A stretch of DNA of 62,948 nucleotides, filler included, from Dicyema japonicum (Eukaryota; Animalia; Dicyemida), in the NCBI GenBank assembly GCA_011109175.1. It is 9 parts of 9 records of this genome, joined end to end, with 100 filler letters (N's around TTAATTAATTAA, not from the genome) between each part and the next. Parts side by side here need not be neighbours in the genome. Positions count along the whole stretch, not along the records: positions 36,308 to 51,521 come from RDEW01000183.1; 8 more parts are not named here. One strand, 5' to 3'. A program made the position numbers and the translations under genes. Shown here one piece after another: positions 40,180 through 51,190 of this stretch (position 1 is its first letter; each line of letters begins with the position of its first letter). Below the pieces are notes generated by a model. The model was not told where the DNA came from and searched no databases. It saw only the letters and a list, made by a program, of their open reading frames with translations.

Positions 40180-40680
40180 TCTTATATGATGTCTGGGAAT
40201 TCAATTTCGTGATTAGAGAGAGAAAAGTTTGTTTTTCTGGAGGAATTTGAGGTTTGAGTGTGTTGATATACTTGTAGTAGGACAAGAGAACTGCTTGGAC
40301 AAGTCTATTCGTGGAGATAAACAACCAAGTGGGTAGACATCGAGGACCTGTTCTGCAGTCTGACTTCCCGAGATGGCACAATCCTATTGTTCAGTCAGAA
40401 GAACGAGAGGTTCAAGATTTAGTTCATATTTTAGTTTATGCAAGGCCATCTATGGAATCTCATCTTCATATTTCGAAAACTGCCAAATAACAGTTCTGAT
40501 GGAACTTGCATTTTACTTTGATATAATTTTTTTACATGTCTCATTTTCAACCTTACATGTCGGTCTGAAATAGTTCTAAGTACAAATAGGAATGGAGCTG
40601 TTTTAGAGACGATCTCTTTTTCTCTGTACCATGGGTGCATTACTTGACTCGGTCATCGGGGATCTTTATCGTCTGATCCC
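40180..40680 (+). pseudogene. WD40-repeat gene remnant
   Basis: HRGPVL..F-DGTILL...RFKI* and SSDGT across frameshifts. Confidence 0.45.
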
Positions 40681-40792
40681 TTAGCTGTATAGCCTAGGTC
40701 TTACTGTGAATGTTTTAAAAACTGATATGCCTGCCAGTATGTATTTTATTTATTCCAATTAGATATTGATTGGATTATAACATTTTGAATAG

Positions 40793-41222
40793 TATCTACA
40801 TCTCATATCAGGACTACAAGATTATAACCGAATAGGAAAGTATGAATATTGTTTTAACTATTGCCACCCCAGGGCCAATATCGCAGTACTAAGGCTTGCT
40901 ACTATCTCCGAAATTATTAAAGCTATAAAATATAGAATTGTAGTACAGAATATATAATAAAACTTTGACGAGACGCCCGAATTTTGTATTTATTTTGAAA
41001 AAGAAAAATAGAAATATCAGGATACTGAAAATGTGCGANACAGGTGTAAATTGAAATTTATTTTTAATAGATCCCGAGATAATTATACGTCAATATTTCA
41101 AGCGATTGGTTAATTTCATTAAACTGATATATAATTCAGAGGCTTTTCGTAATCTCAGAAAGAAAATGCTTTCTATACGCGAAAATATATCAATAGATAC
41201 AACAAATCTGACCCCAACTTGA
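40793..41222 (+). CDS. Hypothetical protein, 3' part; 5' end unresolved
   Basis: Introns 40840-40872, 40922-40943 (GC-AG), 40986-41011 and 41046-41070 yield an open frame ending ...SIDTTNLTPT-TGA. Confidence 0.5.
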
Positions 41223-41251
41223 CAATTATTAATAAATAATGGTTTTAGTTA

Positions 41252-41801
41252 TTAGTATATTTCGTCATTTATGCATCTTTGGCAATACTCAAAATCAAAT
41301 TTCACATATCCAAACCCACTTGTGTTGCTTACATCGATAAAAGCATAGCATAACAGCGGCACTCCGTTCAGAATGCATCTGGAATTTAGATGAATCTAAA
41401 TTAATTATAATTAAATTTAATCACCCTATTAGTCAAAACATCAAAAAAGCAAAAATCTATGCTCAAAGGGTCGTCTGGAGGTATTCTTCTATCTTTAATA
41501 AAGTGAATACAGACACCACAGTTTGTGAAAACCTTAAAATATGTTTTGAATTTAATAACCAATGGAACTTGGCCTTTTGAGCAATCACGTTTGAAACTTT
41601 GTATCCTTTCATATTCGGAAATGCTTTTTTTCATAATATATTTAATCTATAATATATCATAAAACGAACACCTTTATAGATTACCTCACATTCGTTAACC
41701 AATTTTTGAATCATTTCGTCTTTCAAAAACTGTTCCCTTTTGATTCCAATGTAATTCATTAGTGAATGGTTTTTCTGAAATTCCGCGCATTGTTTTATCA
41801 T
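41252..41801 (-). CDS. CBFB: Core-binding factor beta subunit (Runx partner; Brother/Big brother), 151 aa
   Basis: Introns 41647-41684, 41533-41559 and 41396-41424. Spliced: KLVNECE|IKY..ERIQSFKRDCSKGQVPL|VFTNCG..|IHLNSRCILNGV..FIDVSNTSGFGYVKFD, collinear with CBF-beta. Alternative start at 41759. Confidence 0.9.
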
Positions 41802-42199
41802 AAATCTGAAAACCACAACGTTTTCTTAAATGAGTAATCTACAATAGTGAAAGATTGGTCAAAGATTAATTACGACTATAAAAATTATTTATGTGTAAAA
41901 TAGAGATCTTAAAAAATGTGATTTTAAACGTGTAGCATTCACAATTTGTGATTTTTTAAATTTTAGTCTATTTGAATTTCGAGTTATAAGCTTGATGATA
42001 GATAGAGTCTTACCTAATAAAAAATCAAAGTACGCAATTTATAGCATCGACTAGTCCGAGAACAACTAAAAGAGTGAATTTAGTCATCAAAGTTAATAAT
42101 GGAGCAGATTGATCAATTTATAAATAGAGAATGCTCGTGATAAGCAGCACAGTCTTTGGTTAGTGAGGTGAAGGCATTCTCAATTCCAGTTTGATAACC

Positions 42200-42930
42200 T
42201 TCGAGTAAGTGGCGAGAAAGTTGGGGAGAAATTTCAGAGTTGAATATCATCGCACAGTAACTTCGCGACCATCAAAAATTTCCACACCAAATTGTGAGGA
42301 AAAGAGTTTAGGACTAAGATCTTTGCAGACTTCTCGAGATCTGAACGGATTTTATGGTTTGGAAAAGAATATGAAGAGATAAAAAATATTTTTTCTTGAA
42401 AGTTCCAGTACTTCGAGAGTAACTATGGATACTACCTAAACATGGCAAACCAGGCGAAAAGGACTATGGAGACCGCAAAAATCGTCTTTTAACGAAGTCG
42501 TCAAAAGGGCCCTCTGTTCAGCTGGTTTTTTGTCGATATCTGAATCCACTGGACACAAAAGGTGCGACAGAGAATACCCAGATGGGATGACTATATTCCC
42601 TTTACGTAGAGGCAGGTCTCTCGTCTGGGGTGTTATAGGGTGCAGCGCCTTTTGCCCCTGTCGGCGACGACTGCCGGAAATGCCGGTTCTCTGGCTGGAG
42701 CTAGAAAGGAATTGAAGTACTCCTTTCTCCAGAACGGCGTAGAATTCGTTGCACATAGGTTCAAGACGAGTGGTATCATCGCTTAGAAAGGAAAGACAAT
42801 CTTTAAGGAGATCGGAAGCATGATTTCAAAACGGGAGACGCTATGGTGTTCTAGATAATCCCAGTTGCGATCCTAGAAGAGAACGGTTTAGCTCTCCCCT
42901 GCACGACCGATTCTCCATTCCTGGAATGAA
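42200..42930 (+). mobile_element. CRE-like C-terminal REL endonuclease remnant
   Basis: NEVVKRAL, YPDGMTIFP.RRGRSLVW. Confidence 0.75.
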
Positions 42931-43090
42931 TCAACAAATACAAATTAATAATAACTTAAAACCTTATAATCCAAAAAATCATTAAATCTGAAATTTAAAG
43001 TTAGTTCTTTAAAATTTTAGATTTTCCACAAATTATCAATAAAGGATACAATAAAATATATTTTGCGGTCAAATATAATTTTACTAATTA

Positions 43091-43740
43091 CAGTAAAACC
43101 TCTGGTGGTCGCCACCTCTATTGCTCGCCGCATTTTTTTCAAAAAATCGAAAATTTCTAAAGAAACTTCTATTGCTCGCCAAATTCTAAATCTCGCCACT
43201 ATTTTTCATTATTAAAAAAAATTTTTTTTTGGTTAAACTAACTTTTAATATAAAATAATTTTAACCACGCTTTATCTAACATGCGCAAGTGTACTAGACT
43301 GACGTTTAATGAAAAAAGACGCATAATAGCCTACATCGATGATAACAGACATATGACTATGGAACATATCGCCGCTGTTTTTCTTCAATTCTAAGAAAAA
43401 AATTTTAATTAAATAAAGTTTATTTTTTATTAATTATTGTTTAATTATCTTAATTATTAATGGCAAACCTATACATTTACTTGAATCAATTAACAGCATG
43501 ATCAGAAACTTTCCTATGAAGAAAAAAACTATTGATGATTATTTTCATTAATTTGTTTAAACAATTTGAAAATTTCTTAACTTTTTTACAATTTTAAATT
43601 TTTAAATCATTAATCAGAACGTATATAATTTTCAATTTTTGGTAAAACCGGAAGTGCAAAACCTTTATTGCTCGCCAAATTCTAAATCTCGCCAATTTTT
43701 GTGACCAAGCAAATCGTGGCGAGATTTCAAAGTTTGACTG
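43091..43740 (+). mobile_element. Internally deleted Tigger/pogo element
   Basis: TA|CAGTAAAACC...GTTTGACTG|TA; retains the first codons (MRKCTRLTFNEKRRII) and last codons (KKTIDDYFH*) of the transposase. Confidence 0.88.
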
Positions 43741-43812
43741 TACTCATATAATGACTTGAAAATAAAAAATGCGTTAGATTATAGTAAAAATGGCTTTCTT
43801 AATGACTTCACT

Positions 43813-44139
43813 TGGCACAGTGATTAGGGCTTGGGCCATAGTGACTAAGGTCGCGGGTTCGAGTCTGGCCCTGTTCATTCTGGCGGAAGGTTCCACGCAT
43901 CTACGATCCCTAATGGCTTGACGAGTGACGCCGTCATCAGTGAATACTCACTGCGGAACTGGAGCGTCTATCTTGGACCCACACACAAAAAAAAGAAAAA
44001 AAAAGTGAAGATCTTTGGCCCTACCTACGACTTTCCCTATCTACGATTAGTTAAAAAAAATTAACTTTTTCGCTTACAATAAAGTGTGTGTGTCCTGCCT
44101 GTGCGGAGTTATAGAATGCTATGGCTCTGCGGGAAGGGG
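43813..44139 (+). mobile_element. tRNA-headed SINE family 1, near full length, 13-bp TSD
   Basis: A box tggcacagtga, B box ggttcgagtc; TSD taatgacttcact at 43800-43812 and 44140-44152. Confidence 0.92.
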
Positions 44140-45320
44140 TAATGACTTCACTGATGACAATAAATATAATCATTTTAGGGGAACTTTAACTTTAAATATA
44201 TATTATTGGTGGGTTATGTGGGTATACAGGAACAATAGTATTAAAAAATATTATTCAAAACAAAATTATAAATGATTTATATTTGCAAATACCTGGAGTT
44301 TTGTTTTTTTTGCAAAAATAATGGCATTTATAGGAATAGTATCTGGATTTTCTCTCCTCTTCGGAATAAATACTCGAGCCTGCAGCATTTTTGTAAAAAC
44401 AAATTAAAAAATAATTAACTCAAATAGTTTTCAATATGCCTTTTCAGCATATTTTTTCTCGTCTTGTTTGCAACCGTTTTTTATTCTACGAAAAATCACA
44501 GGTTACATTATTTTTAATTTTTAAACTCCATGAGGCGAGAATTTCTGAAAGAAATTGAAAATTTAGATGAAAATAATAAAACTATTGACTATATTTAAAC
44601 GAAGTTTAGATGCTGTGGGGAAGATTCAGAAGTTGATTATGTGTCCCATTATGTACCCTTAAGCTGTTTTAAAACAGACAATATCATTTATCAAATTGTA
44701 ATTACGAATTGAATATATTCTTAAGGGATATCTTTAACTGGAATGAATTATTTATCTACATCTTGACTGTATATCTTGACTTAAATGATTACTAGATATT
44801 AAAGTAATCATAAGACTAGTGCCAAGTATCATTACAACGCATCAGCGCAGTTTTTTCTATTTTCAAATAATAAACGATTATTTGACCATAAATTAAATAT
44901 ATGTTGAAACCAGGATGACCTATATACTTGACAGGGTGAACTGAATTAACCTTGGCATATCAATTTTTCTTAGAGCTATCCAGAGAGGTCAGAATGGATA
45001 CTTTGTTCAGTTATCAATTCGCATGGGCGATTTGAGGTTACCCTCCAGTTATACTTCTTATTTGTGCATTTTCTCGATTTCGACATGTTTCAAGCGACTC
45101 TGTATTGCCGCGGAGAACTTTATTTCAGCTTACTCTCGGAACCAGTAGTTTATAAATTTGTTCTCAAATATGATAATAAATTAAAAAAACTTTTAATGGA
45201 ATAATAGAGAATCCAAAAAAGCCCTCCTTATAAATATAAAATTAAATAATTACAGTGTTTCCGAATCAGGAAAACAATCACCTAGTTTCTGATTTTATTA
45301 ATACAAATTCAAAAAGACAA

Positions 45321-46227
45321 TTAAGTTAAAGAATTAAGAAAGTTATTTTCCAAGTCAAAATCGAAATACCAATTTTTTGACCTAAAAAGTGAAACAAAAG
45401 AGAAACTTATAAGCATTAAACCAATTCCAAGTCTCATTTAAAATAGAAAACTAAATAAATTTCAATCAAACCAAAAAAACCTGATCGCTATAAAGAGATT
45501 CCTCCAATGATTTGTCAAACTTAAACGACAATCTACTAATGTCGTAAATCCTAAATTTATATTTACATAAATATACGATTCGTTGCATAAGCTTTTCTTA
45601 AATGGAACAATATTCGGAATAGATAAACTTTTAGAAAAATTATAAATCTTAATACCCTTTACTAGATTTTTGTTGAAGCTTACCAAAAATTGAAATTCTA
45701 TTCACCTCACTAAATAAAATTGTATTGATAAATTATTTATATCTAATATATTAAAAATACCCAATAAGGAAATATCCTCCAGGAGGACGAGGTGTCGTTG
45801 AAAGTATAATATCAACAAGAATATTTTCCGCCCGAGCGGATTGTTCATATCTTACTAAAATTATTTTATTCTTCAATGCCTTGTCTTTATCTTTTGATTT
45901 AATACTAAAATTAAAACTATTATTTGTCATAGTAATGGGAATATAATCATTTGGAGTGGGGGAATTTTCGTCAAATATTACCACGTCAGAAACTACGTGA
46001 TTTGTTTCATCCTAAATTAAAAATATGTAAAAATACCCTAGAAATAGCTAAATATCGTTTTTTCCGTTTAAATGTGGTAGACCAGCCAATATCAGCATCT
46101 TCGCCACCATTTGTCGTGAAAAGCTGTTTTTATATAAATCATAAATAATAACTGTAATGAAATTGTCAGGAGTTCTCAAATCATCAGAAACTACAGAGAT
46201 CGCTGTTATTGGGCCATTTTGCATCAT
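45321..46227 (-). CDS. MVB12: ESCRT-I subunit MVB12 (MABP + UMA-like tail), ~216 aa, 8 introns
   Basis: Introns 46124-46152, 46012-46036, 45891-45917, 45710-45760, 45628-45655, 45551-45576, 45451-45480 and 45382-45421 give an intact frame: PITAISVVS, TTNGGEDADI, RYLAISR, VVSDVVI..YIPI, PPGGYFLIGEVN, YFDFDLE. Confidence 0.88.
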
Positions 46228-46506
46228 TAAGAAAAAAAAGTAACAATAAGAACAAATATAAATTTTAAATAAATTGATTTAATATTTTTAAAAAGTAGAA
46301 TTAAATAATCAAATTGAAAAACGATCGATATGTGTTTGCTATTCAAATTTCACATGAAAAGTTGATCACGTGCTTTTGAATCTGCTTTTTTATCCAAAAA
46401 TAGTTAAGTTAAGTTAGCCGTATTCAGCCGAGTCGTATATCCAAAAATACGACACATTATTTGACGTTTTATGGGATTCAGTTCTTTTAGAGACAATGAT
46501 GTGAGG

Positions 46507-47459
46507 CAGTGGTTCTCAACCGTTATTTTTGTATCGCCCCCTTATTTCATTAGTAATAATATTACTATTAACTAAGTATTAGAAATATTTTTTATTTAAA
46601 AAATAAGAGTTTTAATGAGATCCTTGTGGTTGTTGAAGATTCACAAGTTTTTCAAAATTTCTACTTCTTTTCGTAAGTGCAATTCTAATGTCTCCTATTT
46701 CTTCTATGTTTAGATTGTTTCTTTTTTTGTAAAAAACATAATATTATTGGCATCATTTTTTCCCATAATTTCGGGAATTTCATTTTTATAGATTTTTCTC
46801 CCCAGAATTGTGTCAGGTTCATTTTTAAATTTTATTTTGAGTCCGTCGTCGTTTTAGTTCTCTTAATTTTCTTGACATTCATCATCAGAATCATAATGAA
46901 TGGGCACCCAAGGATTAATCATCAATCAGAAAAGTTTAAATTAATTAAATCTTTTTTTCAAATCTTGGTCCAAAGATTCTAAATGAAATTCATAAATTTT
47001 CAGATCGTTGTCATCAAAAGTGTGGTCATAAAAATCGAATTTCCAAATTTTCTATTACTTAAATTAAATTTGTAAAATTGAATTTTTTCAATAAATGTAT
47101 TTATGATTCGTTTGCAATCAATTAAATTAACATAATCTCCTTGTAAAGCCAATGAAACTTCATTTAATTTTTTTAAAATCCAAGAGAAATATATTCATAT
47201 ACATATACATCTTTATACATTCTGACTTTTTTTGAACACGACCCATAAAGATAACTAGAAATCACGCTTAGAAATTTAAATAAAATATAATAAAAATGAT
47301 TATATATTTTAATTTTTTCAAAGATTATCGACTTCTAACATAAGATTTTAATTTTTCAAATATTAGCAATCAACCATCGCCCCCCTGGCAGAATAAATCG
47401 CCCCCTACCAAAAAAAATCGCCCCCTAGGGGGCGAATCGCCCACCGTTGAGAACCACTG
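46507..47459 (-). mobile_element. hAT (Charlie/Buster-type) non-autonomous element
   Basis: TIR cagtggttctcaac at both ends; atcgccccc subterminal repeats; transposase tail GDIRIALT...QPQGSH*. Confidence 0.88.
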
Positions 47460-48090
47460 GTTTAGGTATGATAGAATCCCTATGAAGATTTTCAAGGAAA
47501 ACTCAGCTATCCTCTCTGCTTTCTTTTCAGCTTTTTCTCACAATACAGTTCCCAAAAAAATTTGAATTTACTTTAATTCGACTTTTTTCTTGAAAAGAGC
47601 ATTTTACCCAATGGCAGGACACAATCAATTGTCTGGATTGTCTATAAGCATCAAAAGACAATTAGCCTGTGAAGATAACCATCCAAGACTTCGGTCGAGG
47701 TGAAGGTGTCACTGCTAACAGAAGAATGGAGTTTCTGGAGTTAAATAAATATCAGTGTTTTATGGAAATATTGAAGACCTCGACATTTTTTTCGTATCTC
47801 GGTCGGTATATAGACTCCTGAAATCTCGGCCTTCAAAAGAACTCTTAGGCAGATCAGTAATTCTCTGTGGGATCAAAAATGATTCATTTCTCATGATGAA
47901 CACAATTTAAGATAAATCAGTCACAAAATTTTTTTTCAAACACCTGTTGCTGTTTAACCTCACGATGTAAAAAAATCATTTCGGAAAATAATCGAACCAG
48001 TTTCATTATTACATAAATGATGTTCTGATCCAGGATATAGTCTTTTTAAAAAAGGACTGTTAGACTTATTGATTCGTTACTTGGCACTAG

Positions 48091-48193
48091 CTACGATTAG
48101 TTAAAATTAACTACACCTTTTTTACTTAAAATAAAGTGTGTGTCGTGCCTATGTGGAGCTATTAGAATACTATGGCTCTGCGGAAATGGCTTG
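48091..48193 (+). mobile_element. SINE family 1, 3' fragment
   Basis: ctacgattagttaaaattaac...gcctatgtggagcta...tatggctctgcggaaatggct. Confidence 0.8.
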
Positions 48194-48686
48194 TATATAA
48201 AAACTAACATACAGTTCTGAATAAAATAATGAGTCTGTATTAAAAAATTTACATCTTAAATAAATTTTAAAGGTCTCTGTTTATATATCAGATCAGCGTG
48301 AATGAATCAGCATATAAATCTGAACGCAAGATTTTCATCAGGTATAAGAGACATTCGAAATTAAACTTATAACTTTAATGTCTCCACTTATATACACATT
48401 AACAATCAAAAACGCTAATAAAAACAAAAAACATCAAAAACTACATGCCACAGCATAGGAGCAACAAGGAATAAAACGAGAACACGTTTTAAACAGTGTA
48501 TTATTTTAAATTTTACTAAATAAAGAAAATACAAATTTCTAATAATGATCAATATTTTTTGGTAAATTTACGAAAATGGGAAGAAGATAAAATTTCTAAA
48601 TGGAGATATTCACAAATATATTAATTAAGAAATTAGCTAATTGCCTTGTAAATAAAAATTGAAAAATACGTAAATTTTGTTTTAAA

Positions 48687-49115
48687 ATGAAGAGCTTTTT
48701 TATTTTATTTTTAATATTTTTTCTTTTACATGCAATTCATCATCAAAATATTCCCGAAATTCCAAGAAAAAATTTAAAAACAAGAATTGAAATCAAGAAC
48801 GACATTGATTCAGAATGCTGGAAATATACGGCTACGACCTTACACGATTATCAACGATATTTACTTGTTTATACTGGTAATGTTGAAAATGAATGGGCAA
48901 AATATAAATTTCAAGAAAAAACAGTTTTTATTGGGAATGACAGTACGCTTGTCGGAGCATGTGGATCCGGAAATTATCTTATCAAGAAAAATAAAAGTTC
49001 TATTGAGATTGTGAAAGCATATTCTTATGATGACGATGGAATGGTTCAAGGGAAACTTAAAACTGAGGTACAGTTAAAATGTGAAAGCTATAATGCTCCA
49101 AAAAATGTGGCTTAG
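48687..49115 (+). CDS. Intronless putative secreted protein (142 aa), unknown family
   Basis: Long ORF in very AT-rich DNA; signal-like N-terminus MKSFFILFLIFFLLHA; 3 Cys. Confidence 0.7.
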   Translation: MKSFFILFLIFFLLHAIHHQNIPEIPRKNLKTRIEIKNDIDSECWKYTATTLHDYQRYLLVYTGNVENEWAKYKFQEKTVFIGNDSTLVGACGSGNYLIKKNKSSIEIVKAYSYDDDGMVQGKLKTEVQLKCESYNAPKNVA

Positions 49116-49244
49116 TTGAAAATTTTTACTAAATTTATAAAACTATTGCGAACAATTTGATTTTTTGTATTTACTAATTTAAATTAATTTCTTTAAAAAT
49201 TCATTTTTATATTACTATTTATGACAGAAATATTTTTTCNTTTC

Positions 49245-50325
49245 AATAGAGTTTAACGTGACAATAATTTGATGAGATGAGCAGCTATCTATTGCAAGTA
49301 GAATTTTTCTTTTTTTCTTCGCAATTTCACAATCAAAATCATTGAGCCATTTATTAAAAATTTCACGGTTCATTCATGCTTTATTAGAATGGGTGTAGGT
49401 AACATAATTTCCAATGTTAAAATTTTTAAAACACCTTGGACTTTTGAATCTTCCTGTCATTACCGGTCTTCTTTTATCGGAACCAAAACAATTTGCGCAT
49501 AATAGTAGAGAAAATCGATCCTTCGACAACTTTATTCCAAGCCTTGATTTAGTGCACATACTTCTAGAAGGATCGCCTTGTAAAAAACACAGTTTCATCT
49601 TCATTATAAACATTGTCCGATCCATATTGTTCAATTTTTAAACTGATTGTTTCATTAAAATCAGCAATAGATTTTTCATCATGATTTACTGATCCACTGT
49701 CTCCATGAAATTTTCTTAACTTGAGACCATTCCGAATTTAAACTTTTCTAGCCACCCACGACTTGCTTTAAATGCTGGATCATTTTTCCAAATTTAAGAG
49801 CTTTTGCAATTAACATCGAATCTGATAATTGCTCCACTAGATTCCATTAAGTCAATCCATGTCATCATCGCTACATCAATTTCATTAAATTTGAGTTTTG
49901 GAATTCTCGTTATTTTTAATTTTTTATATCAGTCCTATTCAAAAGGTCGATTGATTTAAGGTCGTTTATAGTTCTCGGAGAAATTTTCTTTTTTAATCGT
50001 GAAGAAAAAATCCTGGAAATTTGAGATGCAGAAACAAATGGAGTTTTCACAAATATAACGTAGATAGAAATTTTTTCGTTGATACAAATTCTAACACAAC
50101 GGAAGATCACAAAAAATACAGTTTTACATGTAATAAAAATTTTAAAATGCTAGTTAATTAACTTACAATCAAATACAAAATTATTTTTCATAATATTTGA
50201 GGCGCAGATTCAGAAACAAACGGATTCGAGAATCATTCATAGGAAATTTCAAATTTGTGTTTAAAACAAGCGGATTCGAGAAGCGATGGATTTGAGAAGC
50301 AGCGGATTTGTGAAGTTTCATTGTA
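49245..50325 (-). mobile_element. Tigger/pogo transposon, degenerate
   Basis: CENP-B HTH FKASRGWLEKFK; DDE_1 region SKDRFSLLLCAN..PRCFK..KA*M..ILLAID..H; TA-CAATGAAACTTC terminus. Confidence 0.9.
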
Positions 50326-50444
50326 TATAATAATAGGTTTTGTGAAAAATATCGCAGAATATCAATCTATAGTGAGTATCTTAAATGGCGAACCTGTTAC
50401 AGACATCTCAAGGCAGATAAAATATACACCTTTTTGGTAGCAAA

Positions 50445-50930
50445 TATCCGAACCGAGATGTCAAACGTCATTATTGTGGTTTCCGTTATCCGAATCGAGA
50501 TGTCAAACGTCATTATTATGGTTTTCCAATATCCGACCGAGAGGTCAAACGTCATTATTATGGTTTCCAAAAAATATAAATGGATTTTTGTTCGTTCAAA
50601 ATGAATACTTTTTTAAAACTATGAATACTTCTTCTCGTCTTAGTAAAAAATATAATAAAACAAATTTGGAATTTCAAAATGAGAATATATCTGCTTTTGA
50701 AAATGAAGATACGGATTGGCATATTGCGGCGGAATCGAATGGAGTTAAGCGAAATACAGCTTATAAATGGATACAAAATGCTTCACAACCTAATAAAAAA
50801 CGTGGAAGGATTCAGACGGTCTAAAATCACAGACACTGAAAATATCGAGAATGATAAACTATGTTGAGAAAATTCTGTCATCACTCTAAGTGAAATTTGT
50901 GTAAGACTATTTAAAATAACTCAGGATAAT
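50445..50930 (+). mobile_element. IS630/Tc1-like transposon 5' part with three ~40 bp subterminal repeats
   Basis: ccga.cgaga.gtcaaacgtcattatt.tggttt x3; HTH AAESNGVKRNTAYKWI..KKRG. Confidence 0.65.
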
Positions 50931-50934
50931 TGTC

Positions 50935-51190
50935 ATGTGGCTCGCCGATAACGTGCTGGCATTTGAGAAAAAAGAGCTCACTTTCCCTATCCGTAAAGAT
51001 GGACAACAAGAAGGCCTATGCCGATGTGGGGATATTGAGTCAAACCTGGCCCAGCTAGGATAGTCCAGCTCATGTAAACGAGATCAAAGAAAGTCTCTTG
51101 AACTCCGAACCTTTCTGGAGAAACACACGTCGACGTATTACTACTTCAAGAATCTAAACTCTCGCCAGCAATGCAACTCCAAAGTTTAAA
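50935..51190 (+). mobile_element. 5' end of an APE-type non-LTR element with a 2A-like motif
   Basis: GDIESN(P)GP at 51028-51053 (1-nt deletion), followed by RIVQL..ELRTFLEK..VDVLLLQESKL. Confidence 0.72.

Noticed and set aside
41090-41251. Readthrough extension of CBFB (open minus frame after TAA TAA)
   Set aside because: It is the antisense shadow of the convergent gene's last exon.
43813-43880. tRNA genes at 43813 and 60730
   Set aside because: A and B boxes are present but there is no clean cloverleaf; both are heads of TSD-flanked SINEs.
43915-43960. Hammerhead ribozyme on the minus strand of the SINE core (CTGATGA)
   Set aside because: No GAAA follows a stem II; the consensus cannot be completed.
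48288-48342. Box C/D snoRNA on the minus strand (CTGATGA...CTGA)
   Set aside because: No convincing rRNA complementarity or terminal stem; the region also reads as a coding-like exon remnant.
50445-50570. CRISPR-like array
   Set aside because: Three contiguous ~40 bp units with no unique spacers and no cas genes; they precede a transposase, so they are subterminal repeats.
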